Positions 39,401 through 50,624 of a stretch of 53,132 nt of DNA are shown piece after piece. Each line of letters begins with the position of its first letter. Position 1 is the first letter of the stretch. The DNA lies in assembly GCA_947648765.1 (NCBI GenBank), contig CANSOY010000004.1, positions 1-53,132 on the forward strand, written 5' to 3'. A program made the translations under genes and the position numbers. Under the pieces are notes generated by a model. It did no database searches. It had not been told where the DNA came from and saw nothing but the letters and a program-made list of their open reading frames with translations. This stretch comes from an uncultured Clostridium sp. (GTDB taxonomy: Bacteria; Bacillota; Clostridia; TANB77; CAG-508).

Positions 39401-42400
39401 ACAACAATCGTTGATACAAATTTAATTCTCGCGCTTTAATCCCTAAATACAAGTTCTCCGCTTCTGTTTTAGCTCGCGATAATTCAAATTGTTTTTGGAT
39501 ATAGTCTGCGTTTCGATACGGTGCTAATTTTTCTAAGCGAAATGCGCTACTTTCCTCGGTGTAAATCACAAAGTCTAGACAAACGGTCTTTTCTGGTTCA
39601 ATGGTTACCATACGTTTCATCGCAACAATCGGATCTACCGTGTAGCCTACTTGGCTTTCCAAGGCTTTCGACTCTTGGACTGCCCTCGGAATACCCAGAT
39701 TCCCTCTTCCAAAAAACTTTTCTTTGTCAATTTCAAATTCCAATTTTCCAATACATGGTGCTTCTGTAAAGAGCATAGCCGCTAATTTCACGCTAGCTTC
39801 ACTTTCTTGCCTTGCTTTTCTCTCCAATACCAAGGTTTCCATTTCTTCTTGGTATTGGTATCTTAAGAATAGGTTGTTAAATGCCTTATGGGCTTGGTCT
39901 TGTTTTGCTGTTGATAAAATTGGTTCAAAAAATCCTGTTACTTCTAGTGTTTCGGTTTGTGTTCCATGATTGGTAACTTCTAACCTGCGGATTTCGATTG
40001 GCTCACTTGGGTCAATTCCAATACGCAAAGTGGTTTCTAAATTGCCATCGGTTCGCATCCATTTGTCTCCATCTGGGAAAAAGGTAATTTTCACTTTGTC
40101 TGGTAGAGCAATCTGTGGCAAAATGGCGGAAGACCAGGTTTTCTTTCGTTTCTCGTTTTTGAGATAAAAGAAAATCCCTTGGTTTTCCTCGTCTGTTTCT
40201 TGATAACGATTAATCTGAATATCTTTGTATTTGCTATACCCTGTCCCTGTTTGGTTTGTAACAATGGTATAGGCTTGATTTGCTATCGTATTGGATAAAT
40301 TACGATTTGGATTACAGGTAAGGTAGGTTCTTTCACTATATGCGTCATAATCTACTGGCTTCATTTTCTCTACCTTTTCTTTTTCCTCTTTAGTAATCAC
40401 CACTTCTTCTGGCATACGCTCTTGTAGCAAGATTTTGACGGATTGTATTTCTGGGTTTGCCATCATTCTTTTTTGTAGGATGTTGTTTGAAAATAAGTTG
40501 TTAATCGAAAGCAAAATTAAGCCTTGATGGTGTGCCATATATGTTTTCACTAATTCATATGCTCTATTTTTACGTAGTCTTGTTGGCGTAAAGTCTACTG
40601 CCTCATAGTATCCATACTTTTGAAACATGCCACATTCTTGCAAGCGTTTGAGGTTATTCACGACTTCTTTTGGATAGTCTGTAACTGCTAAAATACTGCC
40701 ATAGGAAGATACCACCATTTCATCTGCTAACCCTCGTTTTAATCCCAGCCACGGAATTCCAAATGCTTTGTATTGGTAATTGTTATATAAATCCTTCAAA
40801 TGAAATGCCGCTTCGGAAATACCCCAAGGAATACCGAGTTTATGGGCATACATTTGTTGGCTCATCACCATAAACTTGCAGGACTCATCTAATAAGCTTA
40901 GCGGGTATTTCGGAATATTGACATTTGGCATCCAATACTCAAACGAGGTTCCTGACCAAGAAATGAGCCCTTTGTAGCCATCTAATACAGTTAAAGTTTT
41001 GGATAGGTTCTGCCAATGTTTTTGTGGAATATCTTTTTTCGCAATCGCAACTAGACTTGCTTGTCTTGCTTCTGACGCAAGTAGGTCATAGTATGAGTCG
41101 GTTAAACGATTTTCTTCTACATCATAGCCAATGGAAAGCAAGCGATTTTCTTTGCTATAGAGCGGTGTAAAATCTGTCCCCGTAATCCATCTATCCGCTT
41201 GGCTTGCTAAGGCTTCTATTCTTTCTTTTTGGTCTGGATGGCTATTTTTCAATTCTTCCAAAAATGCTCTTAGTACATATAAATACCCCACAAAGTTTCC
41301 ACTATCTACAGCCGAAATGTATTTGGGAGAAAGTGGCGTCAAGGTCTGAATATTGTACCAGTTATACAAATGGCCATTCCATTTTGGTAGTTTCTCAATG
41401 GAAGGAAACATTTTTTCATACAAGTTCAAAACAAAATTTGCATCTTCCCACTTTAGGTCATAACTACTAGCAACTGCCAACAAAGCAAGTCCAATGTTCG
41501 TTGGTGAGGTACGGTAAGCAACTTTTTCTTTTCGGTCTTCTTGGTAGTTATCTGGTGGTAAATAGTTGCCTTGTTCGTTCAAATGGTCGCGAAAGAATTG
41601 CCAAGTACGTTTCCCGACTTCTAGCAGATGCTCTTTTTCGTCTTTGTTTAGCGCTTCTAAGGCATTTTTTTGTTCCACTTCTTTCCCAATTTGGTAATAT
41701 ACTGCTGGGATACAAAACCAGAAAACGCCGAAGCCAAGAAAGATTGGCGAAAGGAATAATACACCTGCACCAAGGCATAGGATGCTTGCTACTAAATTTG
41801 CACTCATGGCTTGATAGTAACTTGCTAAATTAGTTTTACAACTTCTTTCTGCCTCTTCTGCGGTTGTCCATTCTAATAGATGCTTTTTTTGTTTTACCAT
41901 TCGGTAAATGGTTTTTGTAATGGCTTTTAGATGGTTCCAAGCTTGGTCTGGTAGGGCTCCAATTCCTAGTATTGCACGGTAAATGCTAGCACGCACAATT
42001 CCATAAGTTTGGGTGAATTTCTTGCGGTTCTTTTGTCCATCTTTTTGGTACATACAGAAATCTAATAAGTCTAGTAGAGATGGTAACACGAACCATAGAC
42101 AAAAGAAAATCCAGTAACCTCCTAGCATCTGTCCTTGCCAGATGGAAAAAAGGCTAATCCAGACAAGCAGTCCCACAAAAAAGATGGGAGTAATACCACG
42201 AAGTAGGTTGTCCAATATCTTATACTTAGACAGCAAATTGAGTGGATTAACAATCCATTCGCCTTCCTCATTTTTCACTTTTCTACATAACCATCGACTG
42301 ATTTGGAAATCTCCTCGTAACCAGCGCATGGCTCGTTTTTGGTAGGATAAATAGTTTTTCGGATAGCCGTCCATGAGGAGAATATCTGAGGCAAGTCCAC

Positions 42401-44585
42401 AACGCAAGTAGCTTCCTTCGAGTAGGTCATGGCTGAGTACTACATTTTCTGGTATTTTCCCCTGTAGGACCTCTGAAAAGACGGTTACATCATAAATGCC
42501 TTTTCCAGTATAAATGCCTTCTTCAAAATTATCTTGGTATACATCGGAAATAGCGTTGGTATACGAGTCTACTCCTCCGCTTCCAGCAAAGATTTTTGCA
42601 AAGTTGGTTAAGATACTGGCTTCTAAATCAATTCCAATACGTGGTTGTAAGAGGGCATGCCCTTTGGTAACACGTGTTCCTTCTTGGTTGCATTGTGGAT
42701 GGTTTAGGATATGTCCCATTGCTCCAATGAGTTCTAGCCCAGTTCCTAGCACTAAATCTGTATCGGCATCCAGTGTAATGATATATCTTACTTTGGGAAT
42801 TTTGCTAGCATAGGCAAACCCTTCTAGGTTTCCGTCTAGTACTGCTTCATTAAATTGAGTTAGCAGTCCTCGTTTTCGTTCCCAACCTAAAAAACATTCT
42901 TCTCCTTCACACCAAGTACGCTTACGATAGAAAAAGTAGAACTTCGGCATGGTATTCTCTGCATATTTTTGATTCAACCTTTCTACCATTTCTCGCCCTG
43001 TTTGAATGATTTTGCTATCGACTGGTTCTTCTGCTCTTGTACTGGCGGTACAATCTCCTAATAGGGCAAAATATACATTCTCACTTTTATTGGAAAGATA
43101 AAAAACCTCTAACTTTTGGAGGAAATCTTTTGCTTTTTCTGGTTTGTCTAAGATAGTTGGGATAACAATAAAAGTAGCATATTCTTCTGGCACGCCATTT
43201 TGCATATCTAATTTTGGAATACGACGTGGTTTTACAACTTTACTAAGCAAATATTGTACCAGCAATTTTATGCCTTGTTGTACCACCGGAAAACAAAGCA
43301 CAGCAAAAGCAATACCAAGCCATATCTGGTGGCTTTTTTGGTACCACGTCCATCCAAGAAGACTAGAAACACCTAGCGATACGAGGAAGAGCGTGCTTAA
43401 AAAAAGCACCACTTTTTTGTCTTTGGAAAACCTTGTTACTTGTTGTCCTCGAATTCGGCTTAGCAATTCTGGTAGTCCATCGTCAATGAGATAATATCCA
43501 ATATGGGTTTGTACTTCGCTTATGTTTTCTCTGCTAGCAAGTTCTAAAGCCTTTTTTGCAAAATAGATCTCAGAAACGTGGCTCTTTTTGGCTTGTTTTT
43601 TGATGACATTTCGGTACCATTCTTTGGTCGAGAAGTCCATTTTTTCGTAGACTTCACTTGGGTCTTGCTTTAGGATTTCTTCCACCGAATTTAGTTTTTC
43701 AAAGATTTCTAAGAAATTCACTCTTTGAATGGTTTTCATACTGGTAATAGAATTTCCCATGGATACTTTGTTAATGGCTACTTCAAAGTGTTCTTTTTTA
43801 ATAACAGAAGAAACGTCAGTTCCTAGTTTGTTGGTAATTTCTTCGAGTGCACCTAAATATGGATAGGCTTTTTTACCATATTTGCGTAAACGGTAAGATA
43901 AATATTCAATAAAAGAATATTTGAGTTCATCTTCTTTGGCTAGTCTTTTTTTGTATTCTGTACGGTGGTTCAGTTTAACGGTGTTTTCTTCGCCTTGTTC
44001 AATGGTTTTGCTTAGGATTTCTTCGACACGAATTTTTTGGACTTGTGCCGTGTAGATTTTCTCAGCAATACGGCGGATATTTTCAATGAGTGCAATATTT
44101 AAGAAAAGACTAATCGACCAGATTTCTTCCATACTAAGGTCTTTTTTCCTTTGGTAGGCTTCGAGCAGTTGGTAAAGGTTGATGCGGTTAATATTCGCGT
44201 CCGTGCATGCCACAATTTCACAAGCCAATACATAGATACGAGCAAACCCAGTATATGGTCCGCTTGCAATTCCATTGAATTTGGCATATTTCTGTGGCGA
44301 TAGGTCTTTCACAATGGTTTTAACCGTCTTTTCAACGACATAGTAGTTGTCTAGTATCCATTCTCCTGCTGGATGAATGGGAATTTTTCGTTTCATTTGG
44401 TCATTGAGTAGGTTATATACCTCTGTAATTGCTATGAAATTGTCTCTCACACGTGGGATCGGATATGTATTTTTATCCGAAGAACTTTTGAGTACATGGT
44501 CAGAAGCAATTTTTTCTAAGTGGTCTTCCATTTGTCCCTTTTCTAAGACTGCTCCTTGGATATATAGATTTCGAGTTTCTTTCAA
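36472..44585 (-). CDS. Cyclic beta-1,2-glucan synthase-like protein (Cgs/NdvB; synthase, glucoamylase-like and GH94 domains), about 2,703 aa, requiring two +1 shifts at CGG (38510 and 38119)
   Basis: EWILDNYY, GWERKRG, YIITLDADT, LSHDLLEG, RWLRGD, YDLLASEAR, YMAHHQG; GH94 YQSGGAFGFRDQLQD, GDWNDGMN, ENGGQYTH. Joins: AHSSQ-G-MEQEMLVFVP and IAIEV-G-ITIEAFEEK. Confidence 0.87.
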
Positions 44586-44743
44586 AATATTCCACTCCTT
44601 GTTTTTCGTTTTAACAATAGGTTCTCCAATTTGTGGATATTTATACCAAAGATTGTATGAACATTTAGATAAAGTGCACTTTATCTTAGCGCATGAAAAA
44701 GAAGTATGAGCTCGTTCATACTTCTTTTCTTTATAAAAACCTT

Positions 44744-47700
44744 TTATTTTCTTTTATCGATACGAATAATTTTTTCATAAATAGCAATGGCTGCTGCCGC
44801 TACTAGTAAAATAGAGGTACGGATAACAATGTTGAGTGCTAAACTTTCACCTGTTTGTGGAATGATGCCTGGCTTTTTCGTATTGTCTAGATTTCCTTGT
44901 GTGCCAGTTGGAAGATTTGATGTTCCACTTCCACTATTTTGTGAGCCTCCTGAACTGGTAGTGCCATTTCCAGAACCAATGGTAATTCCACCATTTGGTT
45001 TTTGACCACTACTTCCATTTCCACTATTTCCAGAGCTTCCACCTGGATTTTGTCCTGGTTGTTGTCCACCTGGTGTTTCTCCTCCTGGTTGTTCTCCTCC
45101 TGGTTGTTCTCCTCCTGGTTGTTCTCCTCCTGGCTCTTCGCCACCTGGTTCTTCGCCGCCCGGCTGTTCTCCTCCCGGCTGCTCTCCTCCCGGCTCTTCG
45201 CCACCTGGTTCTTCGCCGCCTGGGTTTGGGTCAACTCCTGTATCTTCTACAATTTCAAATGACACTTCGGCATATTCTCCCGTTGCTCCTAATGTATTAA
45301 CTGCTCTTGCTTTTACGGTATGTTTTCCTTTGGTAGAAATCGTATTGGTAACTCCCATGGATATATTTTTCCAAGTTACCCCATCATAACTGTATTGATA
45401 TTTTTGAATTCCACAAAGAGCTGTTCCCCCACTAATCTTGATACGAACTGGTCCTTTTGTCTTGCCTCCATTTTGTACATTCAATTCTATTGTTGGTTTC
45501 GTTGGTGGTGTATTATCTAGGTAGAATGGATTGGTTTTTGTCATTGTTTCATTTCCTAGGGTGTCTTTTGCATAAATCCATAAGTACCAATCGGTTCCGG
45601 TACCTGTTTTCTGGGAAAGCATGCTACCACTTGGGAAAGTTTGCTTGAAATCTGTTTTGGCTGGTGGTACGGTTCCTTGCTTCCATAAGTATTTATATGT
45701 TGTAACATCTGCATCCATATCGTCTGTAACGGTTACCATTGTGTTCTGTGTTTTGCGGAAAATGGTGCTTCCATTGGTTCCAAAAGTTACAGTTGGTCCT
45801 GTTTTATCAAAGGTTACCGTGTTATCTGCGTTATAACGGAATACCCATAAATTTGAATGACCACATTCGTCGGTTGCACGAATACGATATACATTCTTTT
45901 CCGTAATGGTGTCACCCTCTTTGAATTCATCAATCGGTACTTGGTTACGGTGCATGGTTACGGTTAATCTTGAAACATCTGTAAAAGTAATTTTTAATGT
46001 TTCATAAGTTTGTCCATCGACTAAATTTAGTACTGGTGGTGTACGGTCAATTCCGACGATAAATGGGTCTGAAACGGTTCCGATAATGCCAACATTGCTG
46101 ACACTACGAACTTTTACCGTATGTCTTCCCTCATCAGTGTAACTTAATTTTGCGTTATTTAATGCTAAATCTACCCACTCTGCTCCATCGTCTACATTAA
46201 ATTGATATTTTTGAAGTCCACTAAGTGGGGCTTGTCCTTGTACTTGTAGGGTAATGTTTTCGGTTGTAAATTTTCCACTTGTAATGCCATTTTCGCCTGT
46301 AATAGTTGGTTTTGCTGGCACTTGGTTATCTAAACGGAACTTATTACTGCAAGCATAGGTTATTTGGTCCGCTGTATTGGTTACTTGTATCCATAAGTAC
46401 CAATCTCCACTTCCATCAGACTTTGTAATGGTTTGCCCATTGGTAAAGGTTTGTGTAAAGGACGCTGCCTCTGGTTGTGTGGTACTTTGTGCCCATAGAT
46501 ATTTTAATGTCTTCGTATTGGCAATATCTGTTGTAACAGTCGTGCTTGCGCTTCTTGCATAAGTCGTATTTCCATTGGTTCCAAATGTAATACCTGGTGT
46601 TACTGGTTGCTCTTGTTCAGTTGTCGTAAAGGCCTTGATACCAACGTTTGTGTCAAGGAAAGCATCATGGAGATCAAACCAACCTGCATTTCCGGTTGCA
46701 TCTAAGGTATAGAAAGATTCTCCTGCATTCCCAGTTGCATTATCCCATTGTGGGATAATGGATTGTCCATCATCTCCCACAGCATTATTAGAAAGGTAAT
46801 TTACTTCGAGTGGTATGCTTGCTTCTACACTATTCGTAAATTTTGCAATAACCGCAAACTTGTTACCTGTTAGATTGATTGGTGTTGTTAAAGTAATGGT
46901 TTGGTAGCCTGGTGGCAAATGAACTTTCGCACTTGCTTTGGTTGCACTGCTTATAGCAAGACTAGCCGTTCCGGTATAGTTTGGAACGATATAGATTTCT
47001 ACATCTTCCTCTGCCATGGTATTAACAGCAACTTGGTAAAGGGTTTCTTTTTCTGTTGTTTTTCTCGTAAAGACATTGGCTGCATATACCGTTTGTCTTG
47101 CTTGTTTGTCTTCGGCTGCCTCAGAAGGATACAAAGGGAAATTCGTTCCAAGGTTATCATATTGGTAGATATAGTCATAGGATTTATCTTTTATTTCTGC
47201 AAAAGCCACAACGACTCTTTCAATATTGACATCTTCATAAGAAATGTATAGGTAGCCATTGTCGTAAATATTAGTACCATGCGAGTTTTGAATAATATAT
47301 GCTCCTGGTGTAGATGGTCGATGTGCTGAATTAAAGTTGGTAACAGCATAGTTATCGTCCCAACCAACAATGGTAATGGCGTGGTCGCTACCTTTGGTTA
47401 CATCATCACAAAAATATGCGTGTAAATTATTACTGTAATACTCACTACCACTAGCATATGTTGTAGACTCTACTGCTCCATAAGCCACAATCGCAGATTT
47501 AATCTCGTTACGCCTTGCTGTTACTTCACTGCTTGTTAGTTCTCTACTTCCGTCTGAATAGGTAACGCTACCAGAAGAAATGGTTTTTGCAATTTTCGGT
47601 AATATAATATATTTTCCTACTTCCACATTGGCTTTTGGCACATTGAGTGCAGATATGTTTATCTTGTTATTGGGAGAAGTAAATGGCATATTTGTTTCAA

Positions 47701-48250
47701 GCACTGGACCTGTTCCGGATGTCATATATGACATGGATTGGTATGAGTTTCCTCCACCGTTTACCTTACGGTTGTATACACAGTCTGAATATTGCTCTGC
47801 TCCTGTTGTGGTTCCGTCTGCATATTTGTTTGAAGTTGCATATTCAATGTGTTTTGGCGAAAATACATCTGTTTTTCCTCCATATTTGTAGCGATAGTGT
47901 TCCATTGAGGTTGTCGCTGAAAACGCCCAGCATGAACCAGTTTCTTGTTGGTCTTTTACGCCCACTGTATTGTTTTTGGACGAATACTGTGGTGCCAGTG
48001 CACGTAGACTTCTCGCACTTTCAAATGAGAAATTGCTACGTTCCTCGTTATAGTGGACAGGGATACTTAACGAAGTTCCACTTCCTTCAATCCCTGCTTC
48101 TCGCAATGCTTTTTGTGCCATTTCTTCGGAGATGTATCCTTCTTGTGCATAACTTGCCGTCGATAAATTCCACCCCATCACAAATGTGAGTGCAGTGGTG
48201 GCTAAAAGCATGGTTTTCATTTGGTTTTTCTTTTGCTTGTTTTTGCTCAT
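44744..48250 (-). CDS. Cell-wall-anchored C1A (papain-like) cysteine protease
   Basis: VKDQQETGSCWAFS, DHAITIVGWDD, IIQNS; lectin-like region (YQYD...ANVF); two related beta-sandwich repeats (FGTNG...KYLW...WYLWI...LDN); IPQTG plus TM and basic tail. Confidence 0.9.
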   Translation of the reverse strand: MSKNKQKKNQMKTMLLATTALTFVMGWNLSTASYAQEGYISEEMAQKALREAGIEGSGTSLSIPVHYNEERSNFSFESARSLRALAPQYSSKNNTVGVKDQQETGSCWAFSATTSMEHYRYKYGGKTDVFSPKHIEYATSNKYADGTTTGAEQYSDCVYNRKVNGGGNSYQSMSYMTSGTGPVLETNMPFTSPNNKINISALNVPKANVEVGKYIILPKIAKTISSGSVTYSDGSRELTSSEVTARRNEIKSAIVAYGAVESTTYASGSEYYSNNLHAYFCDDVTKGSDHAITIVGWDDNYAVTNFNSAHRPSTPGAYIIQNSHGTNIYDNGYLYISYEDVNIERVVVAFAEIKDKSYDYIYQYDNLGTNFPLYPSEAAEDKQARQTVYAANVFTRKTTEKETLYQVAVNTMAEEDVEIYIVPNYTGTASLAISSATKASAKVHLPPGYQTITLTTPINLTGNKFAVIAKFTNSVEASIPLEVNYLSNNAVGDDGQSIIPQWDNATGNAGESFYTLDATGNAGWFDLHDAFLDTNVGIKAFTTTEQEQPVTPGITFGTNGNTTYARSASTTVTTDIANTKTLKYLWAQSTTQPEAASFTQTFTNGQTITKSDGSGDWYLWIQVTNTADQITYACSNKFRLDNQVPAKPTITGENGITSGKFTTENITLQVQGQAPLSGLQKYQFNVDDGAEWVDLALNNAKLSYTDEGRHTVKVRSVSNVGIIGTVSDPFIVGIDRTPPVLNLVDGQTYETLKITFTDVSRLTVTMHRNQVPIDEFKEGDTITEKNVYRIRATDECGHSNLWVFRYNADNTVTFDKTGPTVTFGTNGSTIFRKTQNTMVTVTDDMDADVTTYKYLWKQGTVPPAKTDFKQTFPSGSMLSQKTGTGTDWYLWIYAKDTLGNETMTKTNPFYLDNTPPTKPTIELNVQNGGKTKGPVRIKISGGTALCGIQKYQYSYDGVTWKNISMGVTNTISTKGKHTVKARAVNTLGATGEYAEVSFEIVEDTGVDPNPGGEEPGGEEPGGEQPGGEQPGGEEPGGEEPGGEQPGGEQPGGEQPGGETPGGQQPGQNPGGSSGNSGNGSSGQKPNGGITIGSGNGTTSSGGSQNSGSGTSNLPTGTQGNLDNTKKPGIIPQTGESLALNIVIRTSILLVAAAAIAIYEKIIRIDKRK
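45059..45223 (-). repeat. About 11 in-frame 15-bp tandem units encoding PGG(E/Q)(E/Q/T)
   Basis: Visible in DNA (cctcctggttgttct...) and in the translation; includes a 60-bp higher-order periodicity. Confidence 0.9.
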
Positions 48251-48508
48251 ACGCTTCCCCTATTCTTTCAATCGAATATCTTATTTCTATCTTACAAACT
48301 TTCTTCTATACTTGCAATAGTAATGTTTTCCTGTTTTGAGAAAGGTTGGAAAGGGTATGTTTTTTTGCTCTACGGAAGGACTTTTTCCCTCTTTTTTGAT
48401 GGATATATTACTTTTTGTTGACAAATGTGTAACAAAACAGCAAAAAACCTCATTTTCCTTTACGCATAGCATTTTTCGCACAAAATGAAAGAAAGCAACG
48501 ACTATTTG

Positions 48509-49078
48509 TCAATCGTTGCTCTTGTTTTCGTTTTCACAAAAGTATTCCATAATTCCGTTATATATTCCCCAAGCCAATTTTTCTTGGTAAGTATCTTCTA
48601 ATAGCATTTGTTCCTCTTCTGGATTAGATAAGAAACCACATTCCACAATAGTTGTTGGAATTTCGACATGCTTCATAATATATACATTGTCTAATTTCAT
48701 TGGGACACGTTTGTTTTCTCGCTGAATGGCTTCGTTCAGATTGTTTTGCACACTTTTGGCAAGTTTGATACTTTTGTCATTGCCCAGTTGGTAGAAACAT
48801 TGCCAGCCCCAATACTGCTGTTGTGGTATCTTGTTCAAGTGGATGGATACAAAAATATCTGCACTGCTTTCATTTCCAATCTTGACACGGTTATGGATGT
48901 CTGACACTTTCTTTTGGCGAAGACTACTTTCCTCTGCGTCATAGATAGCGTTTTCATCCGACCTTGTTAAGATTACTGTTGCACCACTCTGCTCTAGTAG
49001 ATTTTGGAGTTTTTTTGCTATCTTCAAATTGGTTTCTGCCTCGGTTGTACCACGACTACTTCGTGCTCCCTCGTCGCC
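48509..49078 (-). CDS. cwlD: 3' portion of the germination amidase CwlD, split by the adjacent element
   Basis: Frame extends upstream of the listed ORF as DEGARSSRGTTEAETNLKIAKKL...VILTR...FVSIHLN...IVECGFLSNPEE. The signal anchor and DAGHG motif that should precede DEGA are replaced by element sequence, with an in-frame stop at 49127-49129. Confidence 0.82.
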   Translation of the reverse strand, partial: GDEGARSSRGTTEAETNLKIAKKLQNLLEQSGATVILTRSDENAIYDAEESSLRQKKVSDIHNRVKIGNESSADIFVSIHLNKIPQQQYWGWQCFYQLGNDKSIKLAKSVQNNLNEAIQRENKRVPMKLDNVYIMKHVEIPTTIVECGFLSNPEEEQMLLEDTYQEKLAWGIYNGIMEYFCENENKSND

Positions 49079-49106
49079 AAGTCGCTTTTCAATAACCCTA
49101 AAATTT

Positions 49107-50624
49107 CTAAAAATTAAAGATAATACTTACCGTTTTATCTTCGCCTATTTCAATTCTATTTATTAATTGTTTCATTATATTATTGTCAAAATTTTCAGCT
49201 GTTTTAAATTCTTTTACAATGCTTACTAATTTTTCAATAGATATTTTGTCTTTATTTTCTTCTTTTAGTTCTTCTATTTTATTTTCAATTTCTTTCTCTT
49301 TAGATTTTAATGTAGCATATTGATTCTTAAATTCTTCAATGTTAATATTTTGTTCCAATTTTTTGTTATATAAAATTCTTATATCATTTTCAAGTTTTAG
49401 CTTTTGATTCTGTAATTTTAATTGCATTTTATAATTATCATTATTCTTTTTATATTCTGCAATTACTTTTTCTAACTTTTCTTCAAAGTTAAATACAGAT
49501 AATTTTTTATTAAGTGTTGAAGTAACAATATTATTTAAGACTTTTTCAGAGATTGTATAACCTTTATCACATATACTAGGAAATCTATACACCATTCTAC
49601 ATTTATAATACCAACATTTCTGAGGATTTGCTAATCGTTTATTATGTATTTTCGTTCTAGCTCTGCTTTTATACTGCATCCTTGATCCACATTCTTTGCA
49701 AAACACTAAGTCTTTTAACAAATATTTATATTCTTGTTTAGGTTTATAGTATTTACTTTTAAGCATTTCTTGAACTTTATAAAATGTTTCTTTATCAATT
49801 ATAGCCTCGTGTGTATCTTCTTTTATAATCCAATCCTTTCTAGGAGTCTTTTTTGTTTTTTTAGTAATATAATCTGTTTCAAATTTATTTAAAACTAATG
49901 CTCCAATATAAGAAGGATCTTTTAGTATTCTTCCAACAGTATCATTTCGCCACTCATTAACTTTAACTTTTTGTCCTTTATATTTTTTGGGAGTATCTAT
50001 TTTTCTTTTAGTTAGCTCTTTTGCTATTTGTCCCTGAGAATACCCTTCTAAATACATTTTAAAAATCAGTCTAACATTATCTACAACATTATTATCTATA
50101 ATCAATTTATATTTGTCTTGTTCATCTTTTTTATACCCATAAGGAGTACAATGTTGCACAAATTTTCCTTCTTCTTTTTTGCTTTTTATTACAGATTTGA
50201 TTTTTTTAGAAACATCTTTTAAGTAGGATTGATTTATTATACCTTTTAGCATAATTGTATCATCTATTTCGTATCTTTCTCCACTATCTATAAAGTCATT
50301 AATTGCTATAAATCTTACATCATTATCAGGGAAGAAAACCTCGGTATAATAACCTGTTTTATTTTTATCTCTTGTCAATCTTGATAAGTCTTTTACAATA
50401 AGCATATCTATTTTACTTTTTAAAATATCAAAAATCATTTCATTTAAGGCAGGTCTTGAGTCTAAAATTCCTGACCATCCATTATCAATATATTCTTTAA
50501 CAACATTGAAATTATTTTTTCTAGCATAATTCAAAATTATATCTCTTTGTGCTGAAATACTGTTATTAGGATTGTCATCTTCTTTAGATAATCTTAAATA
50601 AATTCCTGCTTTGTATTCTTTCAT
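49107..50624 (-). CDS. Large serine recombinase
   Basis: YLRLSKED..SISAQR, YIDNGWSG..RPAL, KDLSRLTR, PYGY, THEAII, zinc-ribbon CKECG, coiled coil. Confidence 0.95.
   Translation of the reverse strand: MKEYKAGIYLRLSKEDDNPNNSISAQRDIILNYARKNNFNVVKEYIDNGWSGILDSRPALNEMIFDILKSKIDMLIVKDLSRLTRDKNKTGYYTEVFFPDNDVRFIAINDFIDSGERYEIDDTIMLKGIINQSYLKDVSKKIKSVIKSKKEEGKFVQHCTPYGYKKDEQDKYKLIIDNNVVDNVRLIFKMYLEGYSQGQIAKELTKRKIDTPKKYKGQKVKVNEWRNDTVGRILKDPSYIGALVLNKFETDYITKKTKKTPRKDWIIKEDTHEAIIDKETFYKVQEMLKSKYYKPKQEYKYLLKDLVFCKECGSRMQYKSRARTKIHNKRLANPQKCWYYKCRMVYRFPSICDKGYTISEKVLNNIVTSTLNKKLSVFNFEEKLEKVIAEYKKNNDNYKMQLKLQNQKLKLENDIRILYNKKLEQNINIEEFKNQYATLKSKEKEIENKIEELKEENKDKISIEKLVSIVKEFKTAENFDNNIMKQLINRIEIGEDKTVSIIFNF

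Noticed and set aside
45059-45223. Repeat array as CRISPR or a regulatory repeat
   Set aside because: Contiguous in-frame 15-mers without unique spacers, encoding a Pro/Gly linker.
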